NCBI GenBank assembly: GCA_963669335.1
Contig: OY770023.1
Coordinates: 3,298,873-3,362,872 of the forward strand
From: Rhodospirillales bacterium
GTDB taxonomy: Bacteria; Pseudomonadota; Alphaproteobacteria; Kiloniellales; JACOMY01
Direction of reading: 5' to 3'
Length of the DNA stretch: 64,000 bases
Made by a program: the position numbers and the translations under genes. Of this stretch, positions 40,170 through 49,012 are shown piece by piece. How positions within the stretch are numbered: position 1 is the stretch's first letter; each line of letters begins with the position of its first letter. The notes under the pieces were generated by a model. The model searched no databases. It was not told the DNA's origin and was given only the letters and a program-made list of their open reading frames with translations.

Positions 40170-42491
40170 ATGCCAAGTTCTCCGCCACAAGGCCGACGCC
40201 TGACGGCGTCCCACTGGGGCCCAGGTCTGGTGACCGTCTCAGAGGGTCGATTGGTCTCCGTCGATCCGCATCCTGATGATCCGGATCCCTCGCGTATCAA
40301 CGAGAATATCGCGCCCAGCCTCTACGGCTCGGCCAGGGTTATGCGCCCTGCGGTGCGGGAGAGCTATCTGAAGCATGGCCCCCTCGCCCGCCAGGGAGAG
40401 CGCGGCCGCGAAGGCTTCATCGAGGTGAGCTGGGATCGCGCTTTGGATCTAGTCCAGGCCGAGCTTGAGCGCGTTCACCGCGAGCATGGCAACGAGGCCA
40501 TCTTCGGCGGATCCTATGGCTGGTCCAGCGCCGGGCGCCTGCACCATGCGCAGAGCCAGCTGAAGCGCTTCCTCAATGCCGCCGGCGGCTTCGTACGCTC
40601 GGAGGGGAACTACAGCTACAATGCCGCCCTGGTGTTGATGCCGCACATCGTCAAGAACTTCCGAGACCATGTGAAGGAGACCACACGGCTTACCACCGTC
40701 GCCCAAGAGGGCGAGCTTATGGTCATGTTCGGCGGCATTCCGCTGCGCAATGCCCAAGTGACGGACGGCGGCGTCGGCCGGCACCAGGTCAAGGGCGATC
40801 TCATCGCCTGTGCCGAGGCCGGCGTGCGTTTCGTGAACCTGAGCCCGCTGCGTGGCGACGCCGACCAAAAACTGAAAGCCGAGTGGCTGCCGCCGCGTCC
40901 GGGCAGCGACACCGCCGTCATGATGGGCCTGGCCCATACCCTCTTGAGCGAGGGGCTGCACGATCAGGCCTTCCTCGACCGCTACACCGTCGGCTTCGAC
41001 AGGGTTGCGGCCTACCTCCTGGGCAAGACGGACGGCGAAGCCAAGACGGTCGAGTGGGCCGGACGCCTCTCCGGGCTCGACCCCGAGCAGCTGCGCCGGC
41101 TCGCTCGTGAGATGGCGGCCAAGCGCACGATGATCTGCACCGCATTCGGCCTGCAGCGTGCGGACTTCGGCGAACAGGTGCTCTGGATGACCGTCACCCT
41201 AGCGGCCATGCTGGGTCAGATCGGCCTGCCGGGTGGCGGCTACACTATCGGCTATGGCGGCAACGCGGTCATCGGCTCAGCCGACCGGCCGCGACGCTGG
41301 GCGAACTTTTCGCAGGGGCGCAATCCGCTCGATCGTTTCATCCCCGTCGCCATGTCGGCGGAGATGTTGCTGAACCCGGGCGGACACTACGATTACAATG
41401 GTCAGTCCCTCACCTTCCCTGACATCCGGCTGGTCTGGTGGGCCGGCGGCAATCCCTTCCATCATCACCAGGATCTGAACCGTCTGCGCCAGGCCTTTCA
41501 GAAGCCGGAAACCATCATCGTCAACGAAATCAACTGGACGGCAACCGCGCGCCACGCCGACATCGTGCTACCGGTGGCCGCCCCGCAGGAACGAGACGAC
41601 TTCGGCGGCGGCAAGCAGGACTGCTCACTGGTGCCCATGCCCAAGGTGGCGGAACCCGCCGGCGAGGCGCGTTGCGAATTCGATATTTATCAAGAGCTGG
41701 AAGCTCGGATGGACCTGGGCACTGCCTTCAGCGGCGGCCGCACCAAAGAGCAGTGGCTGGAGGCATTGTGGCAGCAGATGCAGGAGGGCTTGGCCGACCT
41801 CGGCCAAGGGCTGCCCGCGCTTCAGGAGTTTCTCGCCGGCGACATGATCCACTTCGAGGATCCCACACCCGACGCGGTCTTCCTTTCCGACTTTCGTGCC
41901 GATCCAGAGACCCACCGGCTGCCGACCCCCAGCGGCAAACTGGAACTGGCCTCGGACGCCATCGCGGGCTTCGGCTATCTAGACTGCCCGGGCCAGGCGA
42001 CCTGGATACCACCGCGCGACTGGGTCGACGGCAGAGCCGAACACTTTCCGCTTCATCTCTTGACCGGGCAGCCGGCAACACGGCTGCACAGTCAATATGA
42101 CAACGGCCCCTTTAGCCTCAGCCGCAAGATCAAGGGCCGAGAGCCGATAATCATCAACAAGGATGATGCAGCAGAACGAGAGATCCAGGACGGCGATGTC
42201 GTCGAGATCTTCAACGATCGCGGCCGTTGCCTGGCCGGTGCCGTGGTGAGCGAGGGCATCCGTAAAGGCGTGCTCTTCCTTTGGACCGGCGCCTGGTATG
42301 ATCCCGACTTCGAAGCTCCCGATCACCGCGATCGGCACGGCAACCCCAATGTGCTGACCCATGACCTGCGCACCTCGCGTTTGGCACAGGGGCCGGCAGC
42401 GCAATCCTCTTACGTCGACATCCGCCCCTTCCGGGAGAAGCTTCCCGAGGTGCGCGCATTCGAAAGCCCCATCAAGGGGCGAGAAAGATGA
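40170..42491 (+). CDS. Cytoplasmic molybdopterin S-/N-oxide reductase, BisC-like (paralog B)
   Basis: Colinear similarity to paralog A (e.g. HGNEAIFGGSYGWSSAGRLHHAQSQLKRFLN vs HGNEAIFAGSYGWASAGRFHHAPSQIHRFLN). Start at ATG 40170 (MPSSPPQGRRLTASHWGPGL). No signal-peptide hydrophobic core. Confidence 0.8.
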   Translation: MPSSPPQGRRLTASHWGPGLVTVSEGRLVSVDPHPDDPDPSRINENIAPSLYGSARVMRPAVRESYLKHGPLARQGERGREGFIEVSWDRALDLVQAELERVHREHGNEAIFGGSYGWSSAGRLHHAQSQLKRFLNAAGGFVRSEGNYSYNAALVLMPHIVKNFRDHVKETTRLTTVAQEGELMVMFGGIPLRNAQVTDGGVGRHQVKGDLIACAEAGVRFVNLSPLRGDADQKLKAEWLPPRPGSDTAVMMGLAHTLLSEGLHDQAFLDRYTVGFDRVAAYLLGKTDGEAKTVEWAGRLSGLDPEQLRRLAREMAAKRTMICTAFGLQRADFGEQVLWMTVTLAAMLGQIGLPGGGYTIGYGGNAVIGSADRPRRWANFSQGRNPLDRFIPVAMSAEMLLNPGGHYDYNGQSLTFPDIRLVWWAGGNPFHHHQDLNRLRQAFQKPETIIVNEINWTATARHADIVLPVAAPQERDDFGGGKQDCSLVPMPKVAEPAGEARCEFDIYQELEARMDLGTAFSGGRTKEQWLEALWQQMQEGLADLGQGLPALQEFLAGDMIHFEDPTPDAVFLSDFRADPETHRLPTPSGKLELASDAIAGFGYLDCPGQATWIPPRDWVDGRAEHFPLHLLTGQPATRLHSQYDNGPFSLSRKIKGREPIIINKDDAAEREIQDGDVVEIFNDRGRCLAGAVVSEGIRKGVLFLWTGAWYDPDFEAPDHRDRHGNPNVLTHDLRTSRLAQGPAAQSSYVDIRPFREKLPEVRAFESPIKGRER

Positions 42492-42561
42492 GCGGTCATT
42501 GCCGGTTTGCCCGGCATTTGTTAGGACCGCCCGAACGAACAGGGCTGACGGACCAAGTGTT

Positions 42562-43347
42562 TTGAATGTAAGCAACAAGAATCTTCGGGCAGAACGACCC
42601 GCAAGAATTGACTCGACCTTGGCGAAAGGTCTTCAGGTCTTAGAGGCCTTGGCCAGATCGAAGGACGGCAAGGGCGTGACTGAACTTGCCAGAGAGTTGG
42701 AGCTGACGAAGTCCAACACCTTCCGTCTGCTGCAGTCTCTGACGGCATTGGGCTATGCGCGCTCTTTGGAGTCGAAGCTCTATGCGCCGACCATGAAGAT
42801 CTGGCAGGTCGGCCTGGCAGTGATCGACAACCTGGATCTGCCGGAGATCGCGGGCCCGCACCTCAGAAAGCTGTCGCAGGAAACGAGCGAGGCCATCTAC
42901 CTCGCGATCCGCGACGGCCTTTCGGTGGTCTACATCGACCGCATCGAGAGCACGCAGCCGATCCGATCCTGGAACCCCATCGGCGGCAGTGCCCCCTTGC
43001 ACTGCGTCGGTACCGGAAAAGCGCTGCTGGCGGCCGACTACGAGCGCCTGCGCAATCAGATCCAGGATCGCCTCATCAAGTTCACCGATCGCACGCTGAC
43101 CACGATCCAAGCCCTGGACGCGGACATGGCGGCAACGCGGGCACGCGGCTATGCCATCGACACAGGCGAGTATCGCGAGAGGATTTTCAGCTTCGGCGCC
43201 GTGGTCAGCCTGCCCAACGGCGAGCCGATTGCCGCCGTCGGCGTCTCCGTGCCTGATGTCAATCTGATTGATGACCGGCAAGAGCAGATCTGCCGGCAGC
43301 TCATGGTGGCTGCTGCCGGCGTCACCGAAGCACTAAAGGACCGCTAG
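42562..43347 (+). CDS. IclR-family transcriptional regulator
   Basis: HTH region LAKGLQVLEALARSKDGKGVTELARELELTKSNTFRLLQSLTALGYA plus an IclR effector domain (HCVGTGKALLA). There is no in-frame ATG near the domain start. TTG 42562 is proposed, so the start is uncertain. Confidence 0.75.
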   Translation: MNVSNKNLRAERPARIDSTLAKGLQVLEALARSKDGKGVTELARELELTKSNTFRLLQSLTALGYARSLESKLYAPTMKIWQVGLAVIDNLDLPEIAGPHLRKLSQETSEAIYLAIRDGLSVVYIDRIESTQPIRSWNPIGGSAPLHCVGTGKALLAADYERLRNQIQDRLIKFTDRTLTTIQALDADMAATRARGYAIDTGEYRERIFSFGAVVSLPNGEPIAAVGVSVPDVNLIDDRQEQICRQLMVAAAGVTEALKDR

Positions 43348-43444
43348 CACGAGTGTGCGGTGAGTGAGGCTCACCGCCTCGCACCGCGCCGGTGCCGCCG
43401 AGCAACGTCGGTCACTGTCAATGACCGCCGGCACCAATCCGTCC

Positions 43445-43849
43445 TTACTTCTTCTTCTCTTCGGGGAACTCGACCGGCCCGCCGGCCTTTGCCCAGGAGG
43501 AGAATCCCTCTCTTAGGTGCGCGGCCTCAAAGCCCATGTCTTGAAGCGTGGCCACGGTCAATGCCGAACGCCAGCCCGATGCGCAGTGAAAGATGAAGCG
43601 CTTGTCCTGGGCGAAAATGTCCTTGAAGTAAGGGCTCTTCGGGTCCACCCAGAACTCGGCCATGCCGCGCGGGCAGTGAAAGCTGCCGGGAATGAATCCA
43701 AGCTTCTGGCGCTCGCGCACATCGCGTATGTCGACAACCACGACCGAGGGGTCCTTCGCCAGCTCCATCAGATCGGCGGTCTCCACCTCTTCAATGCGCG
43801 CGCGCGCATTGGCCACCATCTCCGCGACAGAGGTCTTCAACTCCTGCAT
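43445..43849 (-). CDS. Single-domain rhodanese (sulfurtransferase)
   Basis: Active-site loop HCASGWRS. ATG 43849 is preceded by AAAGGAG. The upstream 18 codons of the track ORF are dropped. Confidence 0.8.
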   Translation of the reverse strand: MQELKTSVAEMVANARARIEEVETADLMELAKDPSVVVVDIRDVRERQKLGFIPGSFHCPRGMAEFWVDPKSPYFKDIFAQDKRFIFHCASGWRSALTVATLQDMGFEAAHLREGFSSWAKAGGPVEFPEEKKK

Positions 43850-43861
43850 CCCATTGCTCCT

Positions 43862-43903
43862 TTGTGCTGATATACGGCACGTGCATTTCACATATTGACA
43901 CAA
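43862..43903 (+). promoter_or_regulatory. Copy i of the conserved 42-bp imperfect inverted-repeat element (rhodanese / FAD-oxidoreductase divergent promoter region)
   Basis: TTGTGCTGATATACGGCACGTGCATTTCACATATTGACACAA. The arms TTGTGCTGATAT and ATATTGACACAA are 9/12 reverse-complementary. Confidence 0.6.
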
Positions 43904-43965
43904 CCACCCTCGCAGGGCATCTTGGTCTTGTCAACGTAGTTTCCAGGAATTTGGCAAGGTCGGAA

Positions 43966-45249
43966 ATGGTCATGAGGGCTGAAGGCAGGGAGCAAATCTC
44001 GCTCTGGGATGGCAGTGCTGAGGAAGCGGATCTCGTATCCCCCTTTCAGTCAGACCTCTCAACCGACCTGGCGATCATCGGTGGCGGGTTCACCGGTCTC
44101 TCGACTGCTTTGCACGCCGCAGAGCGCGGCATCGCCTGCCACGTTTTGGAGGCACAGCATATTGGTTACGGTGGCTCGGGGCGCAATGTCGGTCTGGTGA
44201 ACGCGGGCCTCTGGCTGCCGCCGCAAGACGTGCGCGCCAAGCTGGGCGAAGAGCAAGGCGCGGCGTTGGTGCAGACCCTGGGCGATGCGCCCAGCTATGT
44301 CATGTCGCTGATCGAGCGCTATCAGATCCGCTGCGAAGCGACCCGCAGCGGCACCATTCACGCCGCCCATTCGCCTAAAGGCTTCCACGACCTGGAGCGG
44401 CGGACCGAGGAGTGGCACCGGCTGGGGGCTCCGGTCGATCTGCTGAGCAAGGAGCAAACCGCCGAGAAGATCGGGAGTCAGGCCTTCTACGGTGGTCTGC
44501 TTGATCATCGCGCCGGCACGATCAATCCGATGGGCTATGTCCGTGGCCTCGCCCGCGCTGCCCTGGCCGCCGGCGCCGAGATCTCGACTGGCGTCCGTGC
44601 AACTGGGCTGGAGCGAAAGGCCGGAAAGTGGCTGGTCAAGACCGACCGCGGGCTGGTGACAGCCAACTCGGTGGTCCTGGGCACCAATGCTTACTCTGAC
44701 GATCTCTGGCCCGGTTTGCGCAAGACCTTCACCACGATTCACTACTTCCAGCTTGCGACCAAGCCGATGGGCGACCGCGTGGCGCACATCCTGCATGAAG
44801 GCCAAGGCCTCTGGGATACCGGGCCCATTATGTTCTCGCTGCGTCGCGATGCTTTCGGCCGCTTGATCATCGGATCGATGGGCCGCGTGGTCGGCGACCT
44901 CAGTGGTCTTTCCAAGCGTTGGGCCACCAAGAACCTGGCCCGCCTCTTCCCCGAGCTGGGGCCGGTCGAGTTCGAGACGGCCTGGCATGGCCAAATCGCC
45001 ATGACCCCCGATCACCTGCCGCGCATCCATCGCCTGGCCGACGGCCTCTACACCCCCATTGGCTATAACGGTCGTGGCATCACGCCCGGGACCATCTTCG
45101 GCCGGGCCATGGCCGAGCTGCTTTCCGGCAAGAAGGAAGCGGAGCTGCCGCTGCCGATCACAGAGTTGAAGGAGGTAACCTCCGCCCCCTTCATGTCCCG
45201 CCTCTATCAGATGGCCTTCACGGCCAATCAGATCTGGAAAAGCCTCTAG
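43966..45249 (+). CDS. FAD-dependent oxidoreductase (DAO family; PuuB/OrdL-like)
   Basis: Dinucleotide fold DLAIIGGGFTGLSTALHAAERG, then GGSGRNVG. About 427 aa from ATG 43966 (ATG 43972 is an alternative). Confidence 0.78.
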   Translation: MVMRAEGREQISLWDGSAEEADLVSPFQSDLSTDLAIIGGGFTGLSTALHAAERGIACHVLEAQHIGYGGSGRNVGLVNAGLWLPPQDVRAKLGEEQGAALVQTLGDAPSYVMSLIERYQIRCEATRSGTIHAAHSPKGFHDLERRTEEWHRLGAPVDLLSKEQTAEKIGSQAFYGGLLDHRAGTINPMGYVRGLARAALAAGAEISTGVRATGLERKAGKWLVKTDRGLVTANSVVLGTNAYSDDLWPGLRKTFTTIHYFQLATKPMGDRVAHILHEGQGLWDTGPIMFSLRRDAFGRLIIGSMGRVVGDLSGLSKRWATKNLARLFPELGPVEFETAWHGQIAMTPDHLPRIHRLADGLYTPIGYNGRGITPGTIFGRAMAELLSGKKEAELPLPITELKEVTSAPFMSRLYQMAFTANQIWKSL

Positions 45250-45263
45250 AAGAAGGACCCCCA

Positions 45264-47351
45264 ATGACCGAGTCTCAAATCCGCGTTGGTGTCGATATCG
45301 GTGGTACCTTTACCGATGTCGCGCTTGAGCACGCAGGCGGCCTGGCCTCCTGCAAGGTGCTGACCGACTACGCGGAGCCCGAGCGCGCGATCGTCAAGGC
45401 GATCGCCCAAGCAAGCGAGCAGGCCGGCGTCTCGCTCTCCGATATCGCTCAGGTGATCCACGGCACGACTCTGGTCACCAATGCGCTGATCGAGCGGCGC
45501 GGTGCGAAGCTGGCCTTCATCACCACCGAGGGCTTCCGCGACGTCATCGAGATGCGAACCGAGAACCGCTTCGAGCAGTACGATCTGGACCTACAACTGC
45601 CCAAGCCTCTGGTGCCCCGCAAGGACCGCTTCACCCTGTCGGAGCGCATCTCGGCCGATGGCGAAGTCCTGCTGGCCCTGGACCAGGCCGAGGTCGAGGC
45701 TCTGGTGGAGCGTGTCGTCAACGCTGGCTATGAGGCAGTCGCGATTGGCTTCCTCCACGCCTATGCCAACCCGGCACATGAGTTCCAGGTCGAAGCCGCT
45801 CTGCGTGCCGCAGCACCCGATCTCTCGATCTCCGTCTCCTCGGTTATCTCGCCGCAGATGCGAGAATTCGCCCGCTTCAACACGGTAATCGCCAATGCCT
45901 ATGTGCAGCCGCAGGTCGCCAGCTACCTGAACCGCCTGGTCGCCCGCCTGAGCGACAGCGGCGTCTCAGCTCCGGTCTTCATGATGCACTCCGGCGGCGG
46001 GCTGATCTCCGTCGAGACCGCCAGCCGTGAGCCGGTGCGCCTGCTCGAGTCGGGTCCGGCCGGTGGTGCTATCTTCGCCGCCGACTTCGCCATGGCGCAC
46101 GGCCTGAACAAGGTGCTCTCCTTCGACATGGGCGGCACCACGGCCAAGATCTGCCTGATCGAAGAGGGTACGCCCAAGACCGCCAACACCTTCGAGGTCG
46201 CCCGCACCTACCGCTTCAAGAAGGGCTCGGGCATGCCGGTCTCCACACCGGTGGTGGAGATGGTCGAAATCGGCGCCGGCGGCGGCTCCATCGCGCATAT
46301 CGACTCCATGGAGCAGATCCGCGTCGGCCCGCAGAGTGCTGCTTCCGAGCCCGGCCCTGCCTGCTATCAGCGCGGCGGCGAAGAGCCGACGGTCACCGAC
46401 TCCAACCTGATGCTGGGACGCCTGGATCCGGACAACTTCGCCGGCGGCGCCATTCCGCTGTCACCCGATCTCGCCAGCCGGGCACTGGCCTCTCGCCTCT
46501 GCAACGGCACCGGACTGGACCCGCAGTCGGCCGCCTTCGGTGTGACCGAGATGGTCGATGAGAATATGGCCAACGCAGCGCGCGTGCACACGGTGGAGAA
46601 CGGCCGCGATATCGAGGCCTTCACCATGATCGCCTTCGGTGGCGGTGCGCCGCTGCACGCCTGTCGGCTCTGCGAGAAGCTGGGCATCGAGCGGGCCATC
46701 GTGCCGCCGGGCGCCGGCGTCGGCTCTGCCATCGGCTTCCTGAAGGCGCCCTTCAGCTACGAGGCGACCCGCGGTCTTTTCCAACGCCTCTCCGCCTTTG
46801 ATCCGGAGAAGGTCAACGAGGCCCTGGCGGCCCTGGAGGAAGAGGCGCGCAGCTTCGTGACCGCAGGCGCCGGCGAGGCCGAGACCACTGCCAAGCTGAC
46901 CATCTTCATGCGCTACGCCGGTCAGGGCTCTGAGATCCCGGTGGTCCTGCCCTATCGCCCTTTCACCAACGAGGACATCGCGATCCTCAAGGAGGCCTTC
47001 GAGGACTCCTATCGCACGCTCTTCGGCCGGGTGATCGAAGATCTTGCGATCGAGATCACCAACTGGTCGCTGGTCGTGGCCTCTGTCCTGCCGGATGTAC
47101 CCAAGGCCGGCCGCCACTTCGAGGGCTTGCCGCTGGAGACCAGCAAGATCCGTCGTTTCTTCGACGCCGCTCTGCGCGAGACGGTCGAGGCCGTCGAGGT
47201 CGAGCGCGAGGCGCTGGAGCCGGGTCTTGCCGTCGACGGCCCCGTCGTCATCGTCGAACGCAACACCTCCACCATCGTCACCTCGGCCTACACGGTCATC
47301 GGTCAGGGCGATGGTTCCCTCCTCCTCCAACGCAAGGGAGCCAGCCAATGA
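45264..47351 (+). CDS. Hydantoinase/oxoprolinase family protein, A (HyuA-type) subunit
   Basis: VGVDIGGTFTDV N-terminal ATPase motif, DMGGTTAKI, and 695 aa in length. Confidence 0.85.
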   Translation: MTESQIRVGVDIGGTFTDVALEHAGGLASCKVLTDYAEPERAIVKAIAQASEQAGVSLSDIAQVIHGTTLVTNALIERRGAKLAFITTEGFRDVIEMRTENRFEQYDLDLQLPKPLVPRKDRFTLSERISADGEVLLALDQAEVEALVERVVNAGYEAVAIGFLHAYANPAHEFQVEAALRAAAPDLSISVSSVISPQMREFARFNTVIANAYVQPQVASYLNRLVARLSDSGVSAPVFMMHSGGGLISVETASREPVRLLESGPAGGAIFAADFAMAHGLNKVLSFDMGGTTAKICLIEEGTPKTANTFEVARTYRFKKGSGMPVSTPVVEMVEIGAGGGSIAHIDSMEQIRVGPQSAASEPGPACYQRGGEEPTVTDSNLMLGRLDPDNFAGGAIPLSPDLASRALASRLCNGTGLDPQSAAFGVTEMVDENMANAARVHTVENGRDIEAFTMIAFGGGAPLHACRLCEKLGIERAIVPPGAGVGSAIGFLKAPFSYEATRGLFQRLSAFDPEKVNEALAALEEEARSFVTAGAGEAETTAKLTIFMRYAGQGSEIPVVLPYRPFTNEDIAILKEAFEDSYRTLFGRVIEDLAIEITNWSLVVASVLPDVPKAGRHFEGLPLETSKIRRFFDAALRETVEAVEVEREALEPGLAVDGPVVIVERNTSTIVTSAYTVIGQGDGSLLLQRKGASQ

Positions 47352-49012
47352 GCGACCGCAGCATCGACTACCAGATCATGTGGAACCGCTTGATCGCGGT
47401 GGTGGAAGAGCAGGCCATGACCCTGGTGCGCACGGCCTTCTCCACCTCCGTGCGCGAAGCGGGCGATCTCTCCGCCGGCCTCTTCGATCGGGGCGGCCGC
47501 ATGATGGCGCAGGCCGTCACCGGAACACCCGGCCACGTCAATGCCATGGCAGAGAGCGTCGGCCACTTCGTCGAGGCCATCGGCCAGGATCAGATCTTCG
47601 AGGGCGATGTCTTCCTGACCAACGATCCCTGGTTGGGGACGGGGCACCTGCACGACATCACCGTGGTCACCCCCAGCTTTCGCAATGGTCAGCACATCGG
47701 CTTTCTGGCCTGCACCGCGCATGTGGTGGATATCGGCGGCCGCGGCTTCGGCCCCGACGCCAACGAGGTCTATGAAGAAGGCCTGCTGATCCCGATCATG
47801 AAGTTCGCCGAGCGCGGCACGGTGGACCGGACCTTAATCCGCTTCCTGCGCGCCAACACGCGCGAGCCTGACCAGGTGGTCGGCGACATCTACTCTCTGG
47901 CCGCCTGCAACGAGATCGGCGATCGCCGCCTGCAGGACATGCTGGCAGAGTTTCAGATGGGCGATCTGGAGGGGCTCTCCGACTTCATCTACCAGACCAG
48001 CCGCCGTGCCACCTTGAAGGCCATCCAAGCCCTGCCGGACGGTGCCTTCGAGAACGACATGCGGGTCGACGGCTACGACACGCCGGTCGAGATGAAGGTA
48101 CGGCTCTCGATCAAGGGCGACGCTTTGCTGGCTGACTTTGCCGGGACCTCCGGGCCCAGCGCTTTCGGCGTCAACGTCCCGCTGGTCTACACTCGCGCCT
48201 ATGCTTGCTATGGCTTGAAGTGTGCCATCGCCCCGCAGGTGCCGAACAACACCGGCTCTCTCGAGCCCTTCGAGGTCACCGCACCCGACGGCTGCATCCT
48301 GGCGGCTCGCCGGCCGGCACCGGTCTCGGTGCGCCACGTGCTTGGTCATCTGGTGCCGGACGTGGTGCTGGGTGCGCTCCACAAATGTTTGCCGGACAAG
48401 GTGCCGGCAGAGGGCTCGTCAGCGCTTTGGAACATTCAGATCGGCGCGCGTCCCAAGGATCCCTCCTCCGGCCTGCCGAACCGCGAGATCTTGATGTTCA
48501 ACTCCGGCGGCACCGGTGCCAGGCCCAGCTCTGATGGGCTGAGCGCCACTGCCTTCCCCTCCGGCGTCTCCACCATGAGTGTGGAGGCCAGCGAGCATGT
48601 CGGTCCCATCGTGATCTGGCGCAAAGACCTGCGCGAAGGCTCTGGTGGCGCTGGTGCCCATCGTGGCGGGCTCGGCCAGACCATCGAGATCGAGCCACGC
48701 GCGGGCTATGAGCTCTTCTTCAACGCCATGTTCGACCGCATTGACAATCCGGCACGCGGCCGTGAGGGCGGGGGCCCGGGCGGTGCCGGCTCGGTCGCGC
48801 TGGCCGATGGCACGCGCCTCAAGGGCAAGGGCCGGCAAAAGGTTCCGGCCGGGTCGCGTCTGGTGTTGCAACTGCCCGGCGGTGGCGGCTATGGCGATCC
48901 CGGCCAGCGCCCCCGCGAGCAAGTGCGCGCCGATCTGGAAGCCGGCTACATCACCCAATCACAAGCCACGGGCGACTATGCCCTTGATCAAGAAAGTGGA
49001 GAGACCGAATGA
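47348..49012 (+). CDS. Hydantoinase B/oxoprolinase family protein (HyuB-type subunit)
   Basis: IMWNRLIAVVEEQAMTLVRTAFSTSVREAGDLSAGLFD is the typical HyuB start. ATGA overlap with hyuA. Confidence 0.85.
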   Translation: MSDRSIDYQIMWNRLIAVVEEQAMTLVRTAFSTSVREAGDLSAGLFDRGGRMMAQAVTGTPGHVNAMAESVGHFVEAIGQDQIFEGDVFLTNDPWLGTGHLHDITVVTPSFRNGQHIGFLACTAHVVDIGGRGFGPDANEVYEEGLLIPIMKFAERGTVDRTLIRFLRANTREPDQVVGDIYSLAACNEIGDRRLQDMLAEFQMGDLEGLSDFIYQTSRRATLKAIQALPDGAFENDMRVDGYDTPVEMKVRLSIKGDALLADFAGTSGPSAFGVNVPLVYTRAYACYGLKCAIAPQVPNNTGSLEPFEVTAPDGCILAARRPAPVSVRHVLGHLVPDVVLGALHKCLPDKVPAEGSSALWNIQIGARPKDPSSGLPNREILMFNSGGTGARPSSDGLSATAFPSGVSTMSVEASEHVGPIVIWRKDLREGSGGAGAHRGGLGQTIEIEPRAGYELFFNAMFDRIDNPARGREGGGPGGAGSVALADGTRLKGKGRQKVPAGSRLVLQLPGGGGYGDPGQRPREQVRADLEAGYITQSQATGDYALDQESGETE

